A stretch of 64,000 bases of DNA from Alphaproteobacteria bacterium (GTDB taxonomy: Bacteria; Pseudomonadota; Alphaproteobacteria; Bin95). How positions within the stretch are numbered: position 1 is the first letter of the stretch; each line of letters starts with the position of its first letter. The position numbers and the translations under genes were made by a program. Below are positions 1-9,961 of the stretch, in pieces. The notes below the pieces were generated by a model, which did not search any database, had not been told where the DNA came from, and was given only the letters and a program-made list of their open reading frames with translations. The stretch spans positions 224,001 to 288,000 of the forward strand of contig CBDBGH010000003.1 in assembly GCA_965205265.1 (NCBI GenBank), given 5' to 3'.

Positions 1-66
1 CCGCCGCTTGCGAGAGGGACAGAAAATGGCACGCACAGCGCCGATTGTCGAACCGGCGGCCGCAGC

Positions 67-1026
67 ATGAGCGGCCTGCGCGAGCGCGCGCCGATGGACC
101 CGGAAATGCGGGCCTTCCTCGACGCGACGACGGATACCGCGACGCAGGAGCTCGACCCGCTGGAAACGCCGCTGCCGGAAATGCGCCGGGCGATGGAGGC
201 GGGCCGGATCGGCTATGCCGCGGGCGGGCCCGCCATGCGCGAGGCGGCGGACCGCGCGCTGGAGGGGCCGGGGCGGCTCATCCTCGCGCGCTTCAACATG
301 CCCGAGGCCGACGGACCGCTGCCGGCCTTCGTGCTGCTGCATGGCGGCGGCTGGACCTGGAACACGATCTATACCGGCGACCGCACGGCGCGCGAATACG
401 CCGCCCGCGCGGGCGCGGCGGTCATCGCGCCCGACTACTCGCTCTCCCCGGAATACAAGTTCCCCCAGGCGCTCGACGAATGCGTGGCGGCGCTCAGGGC
501 CGTGCGCGCCCGGGCGGAGGAATGGGGCATAGACCCCGACCGGATCGCCGTCGGCGGGGATTCGGCCGGCGGCAATCTCGCGCTCGCCGCCGCGCTTGCG
601 CTGCGCGACGAGGGCGAGGACTGGCTACGCGGCGCGCTGCTCAACTACGGCGTGTTCGACAGCGATTTCACCCGCGAAAGCTACCGGCTCTACGGCGGCG
701 GCGACCTCTATCTCTCGGCGCGGCTCATGCGCTTCTTCTGGAGCAACTATGTGCGCACGCCCGACCAGATGACGCATCCGCTGGCTGCACCTTTGCGCGC
801 CGACCTCGCCGGCCTGCCGCCGCTGCGCATCGCCGCGGCGGAGCTGGACGTGCTGGCGGACGAGAGCCTGGCGCTTGCGGAGAAAGCCAAGGCGTCCGGA
901 GTGGACACCGAATATGCGCTCTATGAGGGCGTGACCCACGGCTTTCTGAGAGCCGCCGCCTCGGTCGCGAAGGCGGAGCGCTGCCTCGCCGACGGCGCCC
1001 TCTGGCTGAAACGAATCCTTGCCTGA
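67..1026 (+). CDS. alpha/beta hydrolase, HSL-like esterase/lipase
   Basis: HGGGW oxyanion motif, GDSAGG nucleophile elbow, C-terminal D...HGF. Confidence 0.9.
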   Translation: MSGLRERAPMDPEMRAFLDATTDTATQELDPLETPLPEMRRAMEAGRIGYAAGGPAMREAADRALEGPGRLILARFNMPEADGPLPAFVLLHGGGWTWNTIYTGDRTAREYAARAGAAVIAPDYSLSPEYKFPQALDECVAALRAVRARAEEWGIDPDRIAVGGDSAGGNLALAAALALRDEGEDWLRGALLNYGVFDSDFTRESYRLYGGGDLYLSARLMRFFWSNYVRTPDQMTHPLAAPLRADLAGLPPLRIAAAELDVLADESLALAEKAKASGVDTEYALYEGVTHGFLRAAASVAKAERCLADGALWLKRILA

Positions 1027-1043
1027 AACCGGAGCACCTGACG

Positions 1044-1676
1044 ATGCCGGACGAACGCCTTTCCTACTACTTCACCATGGCCTCGCCCTGGACCTATCTC
1101 GGCCATGACGAGGCGATGGCGCTCTGCCGCCAGCACGGGGTCGCCGTGGACATCCTGCCCGTGGACCTCGCCGATGTGTTCTCGACCTCCGGCGGGCTGC
1201 CGCTGCCGCAGCGCGCGCCGCAGCGCCGGGCCTACCGGCTGGTCGAACTGCAGCGCTGGCGGACGCGGCGCGGCGCCGATCTGAACCTCCATCCGAAATA
1301 TTTTCCGGCCCCGGCCGACAAGGCCAATTGCATGGCGGTGGCGGCCGTCATGGGCGGCCTAGACGCGGCGGCGCTGGCGCGCGCGCTGATGCGCGGGGTG
1401 TGGGCCGAAGACCGCAATATCGGCGATGACGGCGACCTTGCGGCCATCGCCGACGCCGCGGGCTTCGACGGCGCGGCGCTGCTCGCGGAAGCCGCCAGCG
1501 ACGCCGTGCAGGACCGCTACCGCGCGCAGACTGAACAGGCCAAGGCCGCGGGCGTGTTCGGCGCGCCCACCTATGTGTGGCGCGGCGAGCCCTTCTGGGG
1601 CCAGGACCGGCTGGACTTCCTCGCCCGCGCGCTTGCCGGCGAGACCGAACCCATCGTGCTGCCCGGGGAGGCGTGA
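1044..1676 (+). CDS. 2-hydroxychromene-2-carboxylate isomerase / kappa-GST (DsbA-fold) family protein
   Basis: N-terminal YYFxxxSPWTY and C-terminal GVFGAPTY...FWGQDRL motifs. Confidence 0.88.
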   Translation: MPDERLSYYFTMASPWTYLGHDEAMALCRQHGVAVDILPVDLADVFSTSGGLPLPQRAPQRRAYRLVELQRWRTRRGADLNLHPKYFPAPADKANCMAVAAVMGGLDAAALARALMRGVWAEDRNIGDDGDLAAIADAAGFDGAALLAEAASDAVQDRYRAQTEQAKAAGVFGAPTYVWRGEPFWGQDRLDFLARALAGETEPIVLPGEA

Positions 1677-1683
1677 GGACCCC

Positions 1684-2289
1684 ATGGCCGGCAAGACCGT
1701 CGACTACTATTTCTGCATGAACTCGCCCTGGGTCTATCTCAGCCAGCGCCGGCTGGAGGAGATCGCGGCGGGGCAGGGCGCCCGCATCGTCTACCATCCG
1801 GTCGATCTTCGCGAGATGATGCTCCGCCTGATCGGCATGGACGACCCGCCGGAGCGCTCGGAGTTGCACCGCGCGTACGGCAAGCGCGACATGGAGCGCT
1901 GGGCGGAATTCTACGGCCTGCCGATCTCGGACGAGCCGCGTTACTACCCCGTCTCGCAGCATCTGGCGGCGCGGGTGGTGGTCGCCGCCGACCGCTTCGG
2001 CGCGGACGTGGCGCCGCTGGTGCTGGCGTTGCCGCGCGCCGTCTGGGCGGAGGACCGCGACATCGCCGACAAGGCGGTGCTGACCGCGATCTGCGAGGAA
2101 TGCGGCCTGCCGGGCGACATCCTGCTCCGCGCCGCCGACGACACGGAAACGCTGGAGCGCTTCGGCGCGAATACCGACGAGGCGCTGGCGCGCGGCGTGT
2201 TCGGCATTCCGAGCTATGTGGTGGAGGGCGAGGTCTTCTGGGGGCAGGACCGGCTGGACTTCGTCGAGCGCGCGCTCGCCGCCGCGTGA
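1684..2289 (+). CDS. second HCCA isomerase / kappa-GST family paralog
   Basis: ATG at 1684 after GAGGA; YYFCMNSPWVY and GVFGIPSY...FWGQDRL; true start lies inside track ORF 1426..2289. Confidence 0.88.
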   Translation: MAGKTVDYYFCMNSPWVYLSQRRLEEIAAGQGARIVYHPVDLREMMLRLIGMDDPPERSELHRAYGKRDMERWAEFYGLPISDEPRYYPVSQHLAARVVVAADRFGADVAPLVLALPRAVWAEDRDIADKAVLTAICEECGLPGDILLRAADDTETLERFGANTDEALARGVFGIPSYVVEGEVFWGQDRLDFVERALAAA

Positions 2290-3209
2290 AGCGTCCCCAT
2301 GGCGGCGACCTCGGCCATGCCCGCCGGGCCTTCGGCGAGCCCGAGGGCGGCTGGATCGACCTCTCGACCGGCGTCAACCCCTGGCCCTGGCCCGCGCCGC
2401 CGCTGCCGCCCGAGGCGCTGGGGCGGCTGCCCTCCGAAGAGGGGCTTGCCGACCTCTCCGCCGCCGCCGCGCGGGCCTTCGGCGCGAGCCGCGCGCTGCC
2501 CGTGCCGGGCGCGCAGGCGGCAATCCTCCACCTGCCTTACTGTCTGGCTCCGGGCGATGTCGCGGTCGTCTCGCCCACCTACAACGAGCATGGCCCCGCA
2601 TGGGAGGCGGCGGGCCACCGCGTGCGCCTTGTTGCGGAGCCGGAACCGGCCGGGGTGCTGGTCGCCACCAATCCGAACAATCCCGACGGCCGTTCATGGC
2701 GGCCCGAAGAGCTGCTCGCGGTGGATTGCGGCCTGCTGGTCGTGGACGAGTCCTTTGTCGATCCGACCCCGGAGCTTTCGCTGGCGAGGCAGGAGCATGT
2801 CGTCGTGCTGCGGTCCTTCGGCAAATTTTACGGCCTGCCGGGGCTCCGGCTCGGCTTCGCGCTCGGCCCCGGCGGGCTGCTGGACCGGCTGGAGGCGCGG
2901 CTCGGCCCCTGGCCGGTCTCGGGGCCCGCGCTCGAAATCGGCGCCCGCGCCTATCGCGACGGGGCGTGGGCCGCGGAGACGCGCGTCCGGCTCGGGCGGG
3001 CGGCGGCGCGGCTCGACGAGGCGCTGGCGGCGCGCGGCTACGACCTGCTGGGCGGCACGCCGCTCTTCCGCTTCGTCGCCGGCGAGGGCGGCGCGGCGCG
3101 CTTCGCCCGCCAGGGCCTTTGGGTCCGCAGTTTCCCGGACATGCCGGGCCGCTTCCGCCTCGGCCTCCCCCCGGACGAGGCCGCCTGGGCCCGGCTTGCG
3201 CACCTATAG
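2286..3209 (+). CDS. cobC: threonine-phosphate decarboxylase (CobC/CobD-type PLP enzyme of cobalamin synthesis)
   Basis: GTG overlapping the upstream TGA; HGGDL, WIDLSTGVNP, NPNNPDG, DESF, RSFGKFYGLPGLRLG. Confidence 0.8.
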   Translation: MKRPHGGDLGHARRAFGEPEGGWIDLSTGVNPWPWPAPPLPPEALGRLPSEEGLADLSAAAARAFGASRALPVPGAQAAILHLPYCLAPGDVAVVSPTYNEHGPAWEAAGHRVRLVAEPEPAGVLVATNPNNPDGRSWRPEELLAVDCGLLVVDESFVDPTPELSLARQEHVVVLRSFGKFYGLPGLRLGFALGPGGLLDRLEARLGPWPVSGPALEIGARAYRDGAWAAETRVRLGRAAARLDEALAARGYDLLGGTPLFRFVAGEGGAARFARQGLWVRSFPDMPGRFRLGLPPDEAAWARLAHL

Positions 3210-3224
3210 CGCCTGGCCAAGGCG

Positions 3225-3250
3225 AAAGCCCCGCCGGGCGGCGGGGCTTT
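3225..3250. terminator. probable bidirectional intrinsic terminator
   Basis: AAAGCCCCGCC-gggc-GGCGGGGCTTT perfect 11-bp hairpin between convergent genes. Confidence 0.75.
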
Positions 3251-3260
3251 GCTCATGAGG

Positions 3261-4091
3261 CTACGGCGAGAACGACACCGTGTCCGGGATTTCCTTGATG
3301 CCGCTGTATTTCAGCATCGCCTCCTTCATGCGCCGCTCGTTGTGGCCCAGGAGATTGTTCCACTCGGCCCACCAGTTCAGGAACTTCTTGAAGGTGGGGT
3401 CCGTCTCGCTGCGGATGCCGAAATAGCCGGGCAGCGCCGCGCGCGGCTTCGGATTGTTGAAGGTGCCGAGCTCGGGGTTCTTCTCCTTGGCGATCATGCT
3501 GGAGAGCACCGTGGTGGTGAAGGCGTCGGCCCGCCCCGATTTGACCGCAAGGATGATCTGCGAGAACTCCTTGAACTGCACCTGGGTCGCCTTGGGCGCC
3601 CATTTTTCCAGCAGCAGCTGGTCGGAGGTTCCGGTCATCACCGCGACCTTGACATCCGGATTGTTGTAGTCGGCCCAGTTCTTGCCTTCGAAGTCCTTGT
3701 TGTTCACGGTCACCCATTCGATCCAGTAGATCGGGCCCGCAAAGTCGATGGCCGTCGCGCGCACCGGCGTCGCCTGCATGCCGGCCGCGAAATCGACCTT
3801 GCCGGAGGAGATCGCAAGCACCAGCTCGCTCCAGCCGCCGACCTCGACCATGTTGAGCTCGACCTTGAGCTCCTTGGCCACGTCCTTCGCCATCTCGATG
3901 AGCGCGCCGCCCCATTCGTTGGTGTCCTTGTCCTTCACGAAATAGGGCGGATAGTTGAACACCGCGAACTTGACCTCGCCGCTGCTCTTGATGCGCTCCC
4001 AGGTGGACTCCGCCTGGCCCGCGGTCGTGCCTCCGACCAGAAGCGCGGCGGCCATGAAGACCGGTGCCAGCGCCGCGAGAATCCTCTTCAT
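3261..4091 (-). CDS. polar amino acid ABC transporter substrate-binding protein
   Basis: signal peptide, STWERIKSSGEV, ATPVRATAIDF, VKSGRADA (SBP family 3). Confidence 0.88.
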   Translation of the reverse strand: MKRILAALAPVFMAAALLVGGTTAGQAESTWERIKSSGEVKFAVFNYPPYFVKDKDTNEWGGALIEMAKDVAKELKVELNMVEVGGWSELVLAISSGKVDFAAGMQATPVRATAIDFAGPIYWIEWVTVNNKDFEGKNWADYNNPDVKVAVMTGTSDQLLLEKWAPKATQVQFKEFSQIILAVKSGRADAFTTTVLSSMIAKEKNPELGTFNNPKPRAALPGYFGIRSETDPTFKKFLNWWAEWNNLLGHNERRMKEAMLKYSGIKEIPDTVSFSP

Positions 4092-4273
4092 CGGCTTTCT
4101 CCTTCGTTTGCCAAACGGCGAACGCCCGCCGTCACGAGCCGGCGGGCGATTGCGCCACTGCGATAGTCCGCCGCATACGGGCGGAGGGCAAGAGAATTAT
4201 TCCGCCGCGCCGGGCCCAACTTGACCCGGCGTTCCGGCCCCTATAGGGAGCAGGCGGCGGCGGAGTGCGGACC

Positions 4274-5434
4274 ATGGCCCTCGAACCCTCCGGAACCTTC
4301 CCGAGCGGCGCTCCGGCCCGCCCGAAGATCGAACGGCTGCGGGTCCATGTCGTCAACATCCCGGTCCAGGCGGTCCACTCCCATGGCAGCGGCGACATAG
4401 CAGGGGTCAACAGCGTCATCCTCGAATTGGTGACGGACGGCGGCCTCACCGGCTGGGGCGAGGCGTCGCCCTGGCCCGTCTTCACCGGCACGGTCGAGGC
4501 GAATGCGGCGGCCCTGCATGTCCATCTGCGCCCGCATCTGCTGGGGCAGGACCCCGTGCAGGTCGGCAAGCACATGGCGATGGCGGACAGGGTCGTCGTC
4601 GGCTGCCCGGAGGCGAAAGCCGCGCTCGAAGCCGCGCTTCTCGATATAACGGGGCAGGTGAGCGGCCTCTCGGTGTCGGAACTGGTGGGCGGCCGCCACC
4701 GCGACCGGGTGCCGCTCAGTTTTTCCGTCGCCAATCCCGATTTCGACGCCGACCTCGACGATATCGCCCGCATCGTGGGGGACGGTGTGGGCATCCTCAA
4801 GATCAAGACCGGCTTCGCGGACCATGCCTTCGACCGGATGCGGCTGGAGAAACTGCGTGCGCTCTACGGCGATACGCTCAGCCTGCGCATCGACTACAAC
4901 CAGGGCCTCCGGGCCACCGACGCCATCCGTACGCTCAGGGACCTGGAATGCTTCGGGCTGGCCTTCATCGAGCAGCCGGTGAAGCGCCACGAGCGCGCCG
5001 CACTCGCGGAGATAACCCGCGCCCTCGACACGCCCGTCATGGCGGACGAAGCGGTGTTCGACCCGCGCGAGGCGCTGGAGGGCGTGTCGATGCGGCTTGC
5101 CGACATCTTCGCGCTCAAGATCATGAAGTCGGGCGGCATCGGGCGCGCGCTGGAAGTGGCGGCGATCGCGCGCCTCGGCGGCATCGACGTCTATGGCGGC
5201 TGCATGTTCGAGACCGGCATCGCCCATGCCGCCGGCGCGCAGCTGATGGCGGCGCTGCCGGAGCTGCATCTCGGCTGCGAGTTCTACATGTCCAGCTATT
5301 ACCTCAAGGAGGACATACTGGCCGAGCCGTTCCCCGTCCGGGACGGCATGGTGCATGTGCCGGACGGGCCGGGCCTGGGCGTGACGGTCGATCCTGACCG
5401 CCTCGCGAAATACCGCACGCTGCTGCTCGAATGA
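4274..5434 (+). CDS. enolase-superfamily enzyme (muconate cycloisomerase / racemase-epimerase subgroup)
   Basis: GWGEA, KIK motif, metal ligands D(IDYN), E(IEQP), D(ADE), KIMKSGG, PDGPGLGV. Confidence 0.85.
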   Translation: MALEPSGTFPSGAPARPKIERLRVHVVNIPVQAVHSHGSGDIAGVNSVILELVTDGGLTGWGEASPWPVFTGTVEANAAALHVHLRPHLLGQDPVQVGKHMAMADRVVVGCPEAKAALEAALLDITGQVSGLSVSELVGGRHRDRVPLSFSVANPDFDADLDDIARIVGDGVGILKIKTGFADHAFDRMRLEKLRALYGDTLSLRIDYNQGLRATDAIRTLRDLECFGLAFIEQPVKRHERAALAEITRALDTPVMADEAVFDPREALEGVSMRLADIFALKIMKSGGIGRALEVAAIARLGGIDVYGGCMFETGIAHAAGAQLMAALPELHLGCEFYMSSYYLKEDILAEPFPVRDGMVHVPDGPGLGVTVDPDRLAKYRTLLLE

Positions 5435-5435
5435 C

Positions 5436-5461
5436 CGGGTTCCCGGCCTGCCGGGAACCCG
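5436..5461. terminator. hairpin between convergent genes
   Basis: CGGGTTCCCGGC-ct-GCCGGGAACCCG 12-bp inverted repeat; no U-tract. Confidence 0.5.
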
Positions 5462-6274
5462 CTACCCCTCCGCCGCCTGTCGGTGGAACCGCGCCAGGAA
5501 GGAGCGGGTGCGGGGGTTCTGCGGGTTTGCGAGCACGTCGTCCGCGGTACCTTCCTCGATCACTTCGCCCTGGTCCATGAAGATCACCCGGTCGGCAACA
5601 TCCTGCGCGAAGGCCATTTCATGGGTCACAACCACCATGGTCGCGCCGTCCCCCGCCAGGCCCTTCATCACGCCCAGCACCTCGCCGACCAGTTCCGGAT
5701 CGAGGGCGGAGGTCACCTCGTCGAACAGCAGCACCTCGGGCTTCATGGCGAGCGCGCGGGCTATGGCGACGCGCTGCTGCTGGCCGCCGGAGAGTTCGCG
5801 CGGCAGCCGGTCCTCCATCCCGGCGAGGCCGACGCGCGCCAGGTGTTCCATGGCGAGACTGCGGGCTTCCGCTGCCGGAATCCTCTGGACCACTGTGGGG
5901 CCGACCATGACGTTCTGGAGCGCCGTCTTGTGGGCGAACAGGTCGAATTGCTGGAACACCATGCCGAAGCGGGCGCGGAAGCGCGCCAGGTTGCGGCCGG
6001 TGGGCAGGCTGCGCCGGTTGGCGAAGTCCAGTTCCCGGTCTCCCACGCGCAGCGTGCCGCCGGTCGGCTCCTCCAGCAGGTTTAGGCACCGCAATGTCGT
6101 GGACTTGCCGCAACCGGACGGGCCGATGATGACGACCACTTCGCCCGCATGGACATCGAGCGATACGCCCCGCACGGCCTCGACCGAACCGTAGTTCTTG
6201 CGAAGGTTGCGCAGCGAGACGGTCGAGCGGCTGGCTGCGCCGTTGCCGGCGTTCGCTGCGGAACTATTGGTCAC
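5462..6274 (-). CDS. amino acid ABC transporter ATP-binding protein (GlnQ family)
   Basis: [39 protein letters not shown]. Confidence 0.93.
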   Translation of the reverse strand: MTNSSAANAGNGAASRSTVSLRNLRKNYGSVEAVRGVSLDVHAGEVVVIIGPSGCGKSTTLRCLNLLEEPTGGTLRVGDRELDFANRRSLPTGRNLARFRARFGMVFQQFDLFAHKTALQNVMVGPTVVQRIPAAEARSLAMEHLARVGLAGMEDRLPRELSGGQQQRVAIARALAMKPEVLLFDEVTSALDPELVGEVLGVMKGLAGDGATMVVVTHEMAFAQDVADRVIFMDQGEVIEEGTADDVLANPQNPRTRSFLARFHRQAAEG

Positions 6275-6926
6275 GTCGCGCCTCCAGCCGCTTGCCCCAC
6301 TGCGTCACCGGGTAGAGCAGGATGAAGTAGGCTATGGCCACCCCTGTATAGACCTCCAGCGGCCGGTAGGTGTCCGCCACTACCAGGTAGCCTGTGTACA
6401 TCATGTCCGGCACCGCAACGACATAGAGCAGCGCGGTGTTCTTGAACTGGATAACCGACTGGTTGACGAAGGGCGGCACCATCCGGCGGACCGCCTGCGG
6501 CAGGATGATGTGCTGCATCATCTCCCGGTAGGTCATGCCGATGGCCCGCGCCGCCTGCCACTGGCCCCGGTCGATGGAGATGATGCCGCCCCGGAAGATC
6601 TCGGTCGCGAAGCAGCCCATATAGAGCGTGAGCCCGATCCCGGCGGCCAGCCAGCCGGGCAGGTCCACCTGGATGATGATCGGGAGCGCAAAGAAGAACC
6701 AGATGATCTGCACCAGCACCGGCGTGCAGCGGAACAGCTCGACATAGGCGTGGATCGGGACGGTCAGCCACCAGCGGTTCGCGAGCAGGCCCATGCCGCA
6801 GATGACGCCGATGACGAGGCCGCCGGCGACCGTCCCGGTGGCATAGGCGATGGTGACCAGCAGGCCTTTCAGCCACCACCCTTCGTAGCCGATGAAGACG
6901 GTGTAGAAATCCCAGTTGTGTTCCAT
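6264..6926 (-). CDS. amino acid ABC transporter permease (HisM/GlnP family)
   Basis: [37 protein letters not shown]; ATG at 6926 after AGGA. Confidence 0.9.
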   Translation of the reverse strand: MEHNWDFYTVFIGYEGWWLKGLLVTIAYATGTVAGGLVIGVICGMGLLANRWWLTVPIHAYVELFRCTPVLVQIIWFFFALPIIIQVDLPGWLAAGIGLTLYMGCFATEIFRGGIISIDRGQWQAARAIGMTYREMMQHIILPQAVRRMVPPFVNQSVIQFKNTALLYVVAVPDMMYTGYLVVADTYRPLEVYTGVAIAYFILLYPVTQWGKRLEARRDQ

Positions 6927-6972
6927 GGCTTCCTGTCTCCGTCTGCGGCGGCTCCCGGCCGGGACGCGCGGT

Positions 6973-8217
6973 TCAGAACCTGTCCGGGCGGAAGGGCGCG
7001 AGGTCAACGCTCGGGGGCCGGCCAGCGGCAAGCTCGGCGATCAGCCTGCCCGTGATGCCGCCCATGGTGAGGCCCAGATGGTCGTGGCCGAAGGCGAACC
7101 AGGCGTTCGGGACGCGCGGCGAGCGGCCGATGACCGGCTTCGAATCCGGATGCGACGGGCGGGGGCCCACCCATTCCGTGACGCGCGCGCCCTTCAGGCC
7201 GGGAAACAGCGCCTCCCCGTGGCGGCGGACGCGCGCGGCGATGCGGGGGTCCGGCGGCGCTTCCGGGCGCGCGAACTCGGCGACGCCGCCGACGCGCACG
7301 CCGTCCGCCATCGGCGTCACCGCAAGATGCCGGTCCACCGAGATGATGCCGCCGTTCATAGAGACGTCCGTGTCGCGGAACATGGCGTGGTAGCCGCGCT
7401 CTGCCTCCAGCGGAACCTTCGCGCCGAGCATGGCCGCAAGCCGCCTGGACCAGACGCCGGCTGCCACGACGACATTCCCTGCCGGCATGTCGCCCGCGTC
7501 CGTCCTGAGCGCGCGCACGCCTTCCGGGCCGATGTCGAAGCCTTGCACCGTCCGCCTCTCCAGCCGGCCGCCGCGCCGCTCGAACAGCGAGGCCAATGCC
7601 TGCACCAGCCGGAGCGGGTCGAGCGTGTGCGAGAAGTCCTGGACGCGGTATGCGCGGACCACGGCGGGGCTGAGCGCGGGCTGGACCTGGCGGGCCTCAT
7701 CGCCGTCGAGCGGGTCCATCTCGACGCCATTGCGCCGGCGGAGATCGAAGGCCCAGGAGGCGGCCCGGAAGCTCTCCTCGCTCTCGAAGGTGAACATCAG
7801 CCCGGTGCGGCTCATCAGCTGCGTTGCGCCCGCTTCCGCGATCAGCGGATCGACCGCCTCGTGCACCTTGTCGAGCAGGCTCTGCCGGGCGGCGGCGTTC
7901 GCCTCGACCCGGTCCCGGCGGGCATTGGCGGCGAAGCGGAGAAACCAGGGCAAGGCCCTGACGGTGTGGCTCCAGCGGAGCTTCAGCGGCGCGTCCGCAT
8001 CCAGCAGCATGCCCGGCACCTTGCGCAGAAGGCCCGGCATCGCGGCCGGCGGGCAGGAGGCCACGCCGAAACCGCCGAGATTGCCGAAGGAGGCTTCCTC
8101 GCCCGGCCCGCCGCGGTCCACCAGGGCGACGTCGAACCCCTCGTTCTGGAGGTAAAGCGCACAGCAGGTGCCGACCATGCCGGCGCCCACCACGGCGAAG
8201 GATGGATTGTTGTCCAT
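6973..8217 (-). CDS. FAD-dependent D-amino acid dehydrogenase-family oxidoreductase
   Basis: GAGMVG, ASFGN, ERGYH, W.GPRP, FGHDHLGLT. Confidence 0.85.
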   Translation of the reverse strand: MDNNPSFAVVGAGMVGTCCALYLQNEGFDVALVDRGGPGEEASFGNLGGFGVASCPPAAMPGLLRKVPGMLLDADAPLKLRWSHTVRALPWFLRFAANARRDRVEANAAARQSLLDKVHEAVDPLIAEAGATQLMSRTGLMFTFESEESFRAASWAFDLRRRNGVEMDPLDGDEARQVQPALSPAVVRAYRVQDFSHTLDPLRLVQALASLFERRGGRLERRTVQGFDIGPEGVRALRTDAGDMPAGNVVVAAGVWSRRLAAMLGAKVPLEAERGYHAMFRDTDVSMNGGIISVDRHLAVTPMADGVRVGGVAEFARPEAPPDPRIAARVRRHGEALFPGLKGARVTEWVGPRPSHPDSKPVIGRSPRVPNAWFAFGHDHLGLTMGGITGRLIAELAAGRPPSVDLAPFRPDRF

Positions 8218-8251
8218 GGGTTCCGGCTCTCCTGCCTGCCGGGAGCCGGCG

Positions 8252-9145
8252 TCAGGCCGCCAGCGGCCGCTCGCCGCGGATGAGCGTGCGGTGCAGCACG
8301 CGCGGCTGGGTCGGATCGACCTCCGTGCGGGCGTGGAGCGTGCAGCGATTGTCCCAGATCAGCACGTCGCCCGGCCGCCAGACATGGGTCCACACAATGT
8401 CGGGATGGGTCGCGGCCGCCCAGAGTTCGTCCAGCAGCGCCTCGCTTTCCGCTTCGGCCAGCTCCACGATATGGCTCGACGGCGCCTTGTAGCGGCGCCC
8501 GAGATAGAGCGCCGTGCGGCCGGTGACCGGGTGGCGGCGCAGGAGGGGGTGGACCGGGCCCGGCACCTCGCCGCGCGAGGCGGGCGCGGCCACGGTCGGG
8601 CGGAGGCCGCCGGCCGTGTTGCGCGAGGAATCGTGCCGGATCGTCAGGCCCGGAAGGCGGCTGCGGGTCGCTTCCGGCAGGCGTTCATAGGCGGCGTACT
8701 GGTTGGCGAAGGAGGTGTCGCCGCCGCCGTTCACCGGTACCTTGTGGGCATAGAGGATCGAGCCCTTGGGCGGCTGCTCGACATAGGAGTTGTCCGTGTG
8801 CCAGGTGAGCTCCTGGCTGCCCGTGCCGGCATGGCGCTTCGCCGGCTTGCCGGCCTCGTCGAGGTTCGAGACGATGGAGATGCCGGGCAGGCGGCTGACG
8901 CGCCCGGTCTCCACGCCGTAGCCGCCCTTGATGTAATAGGAGCGCGAGCCCGCCTCCTGCGCCCCGCCCATCGCTTCGGCCAGCGCCAGCAGGTCCTCGT
9001 CGGCGAGTTTCTGGCCGCGGAAGAGCAGCACCAGATGGTCCGACCAGGCCCGCTCCAGCGCCTCCGCGTCCAGCGGCCGCGACAGGTCCACGCCCCGGAC
9101 CTCGGCGCCGAGCGCATTCCCGCTCGGAACGATTTCGAACGCCAT
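8252..9145 (-). CDS. TauD/TfdA family Fe(II)/2-oxoglutarate dioxygenase
   Basis: LGAEVRGVDL, WHTD, GGDT.FAN, WDNRCTLHAR (HxD...H triad). Confidence 0.9.
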   Translation of the reverse strand: MAFEIVPSGNALGAEVRGVDLSRPLDAEALERAWSDHLVLLFRGQKLADEDLLALAEAMGGAQEAGSRSYYIKGGYGVETGRVSRLPGISIVSNLDEAGKPAKRHAGTGSQELTWHTDNSYVEQPPKGSILYAHKVPVNGGGDTSFANQYAAYERLPEATRSRLPGLTIRHDSSRNTAGGLRPTVAAPASRGEVPGPVHPLLRRHPVTGRTALYLGRRYKAPSSHIVELAEAESEALLDELWAAATHPDIVWTHVWRPGDVLIWDNRCTLHARTEVDPTQPRVLHRTLIRGERPLAA

Positions 9146-9256
9146 CGTCTTCCTCCCGCGCACGCGCCCCGCCAAGGCTACAGATGTTTCCGCCCCCGTA
9201 AAGCGGGAGGTCCGGCAGGCCGGGGCCTCGATATCCGGGTCGGACGGTTCGAATTA

Positions 9257-9280
9257 ATGTGTGTATATGCGCATATGTGT
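9257..9280. promoter_or_regulatory. putative autoregulatory operator of the RHH-PIN module
   Basis: AT-rich patch with perfect palindrome ATATGCGCATAT (9265-9276) and ATGTGT direct repeats, just upstream of the RHH gene. Confidence 0.45.
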
Positions 9281-9306
9281 AGAAATATCGACCCGGGAGG
9301 TTGCGC

Positions 9307-9543
9307 ATGAGCCGATGGCATCTTTCGATTCCCGACAGGACGGATCGCGCCGTCCGCACCTTCCTCGCGCGCACGGGCGGCAGAAAGGGCGACCTGTCCC
9401 GGTTCGTCGATGACGCCGTCCGCCGCCGCCTCCTCGACCTCACGCTCGGCGACATCAAGGCGCGCAGTGCCGGATACGACCAGCAGGAGATCCTCGATCT
9501 GATCGGCGAGGAGGTCGAGGCGGCGCGTGCGGGTCGTTCTTGA
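9307..9543 (+). CDS. ribbon-helix-helix protein, putative type II antitoxin
   Basis: 78 aa, RWHLSI beta strand then KGDLSRFVDDAV helices; GGGAGG RBS; overlaps the PIN gene. Confidence 0.75.
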   Translation: MSRWHLSIPDRTDRAVRTFLARTGGRKGDLSRFVDDAVRRRLLDLTLGDIKARSAGYDQQEILDLIGEEVEAARAGRS

Positions 9544-9916
9544 CACCAACATCCTTGTCGGCGCCCTCATTACCCGCGGAACGCCGCCGGACCGGCTTTG
9601 CCAAGCGTGGCTGCGCGGCGAGATTGAACTCGTGATTTCCGCCGTGCAAGTCAGAGAGCTTGCCGCCGTTCTTGCCCGGCCCCGCCTGCGAAGGTTTGTC
9701 GATGACGACGAAGCGGCCGCCATCGTCGCCAACATCGGGGCGCGCGCCGTTATTCTGGAGGAAGTCCCCGAGGTCGATCTGTCTCCCGACCCCGACGACA
9801 ACCCGATCCTTGCGGCAGCGATTGCCGGAAGGGTCGATCTGGTCGTTTCCGGCGACAAGAAGCATGTGCTCGCGCTCGGTGAGGTCGCCGGGATTCCGAT
9901 AGTGACCGCCCGCTAG
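9527..9916 (+). CDS. PIN-domain (VapC-like) toxin
   Basis: MRVVLDTNILV, DPDDNPILAAA, VSGDKKH; ends at a TAG that looks slightly early. Confidence 0.85.
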   Translation: MRVVLDTNILVGALITRGTPPDRLCQAWLRGEIELVISAVQVRELAAVLARPRLRRFVDDDEAAAIVANIGARAVILEEVPEVDLSPDPDDNPILAAAIAGRVDLVVSGDKKHVLALGEVAGIPIVTAR

Positions 9917-9961
9917 GCGCTGGAACGCCTGGCGCTCTCTTGACCATCGGACGCTACGACC

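Noticed and set aside
9914-9916. Pyrrolysine or programmed readthrough at the PIN TAG
   Set aside because: No pyl genes or supporting signal are in the window; a point mutation or sequencing error is simpler.
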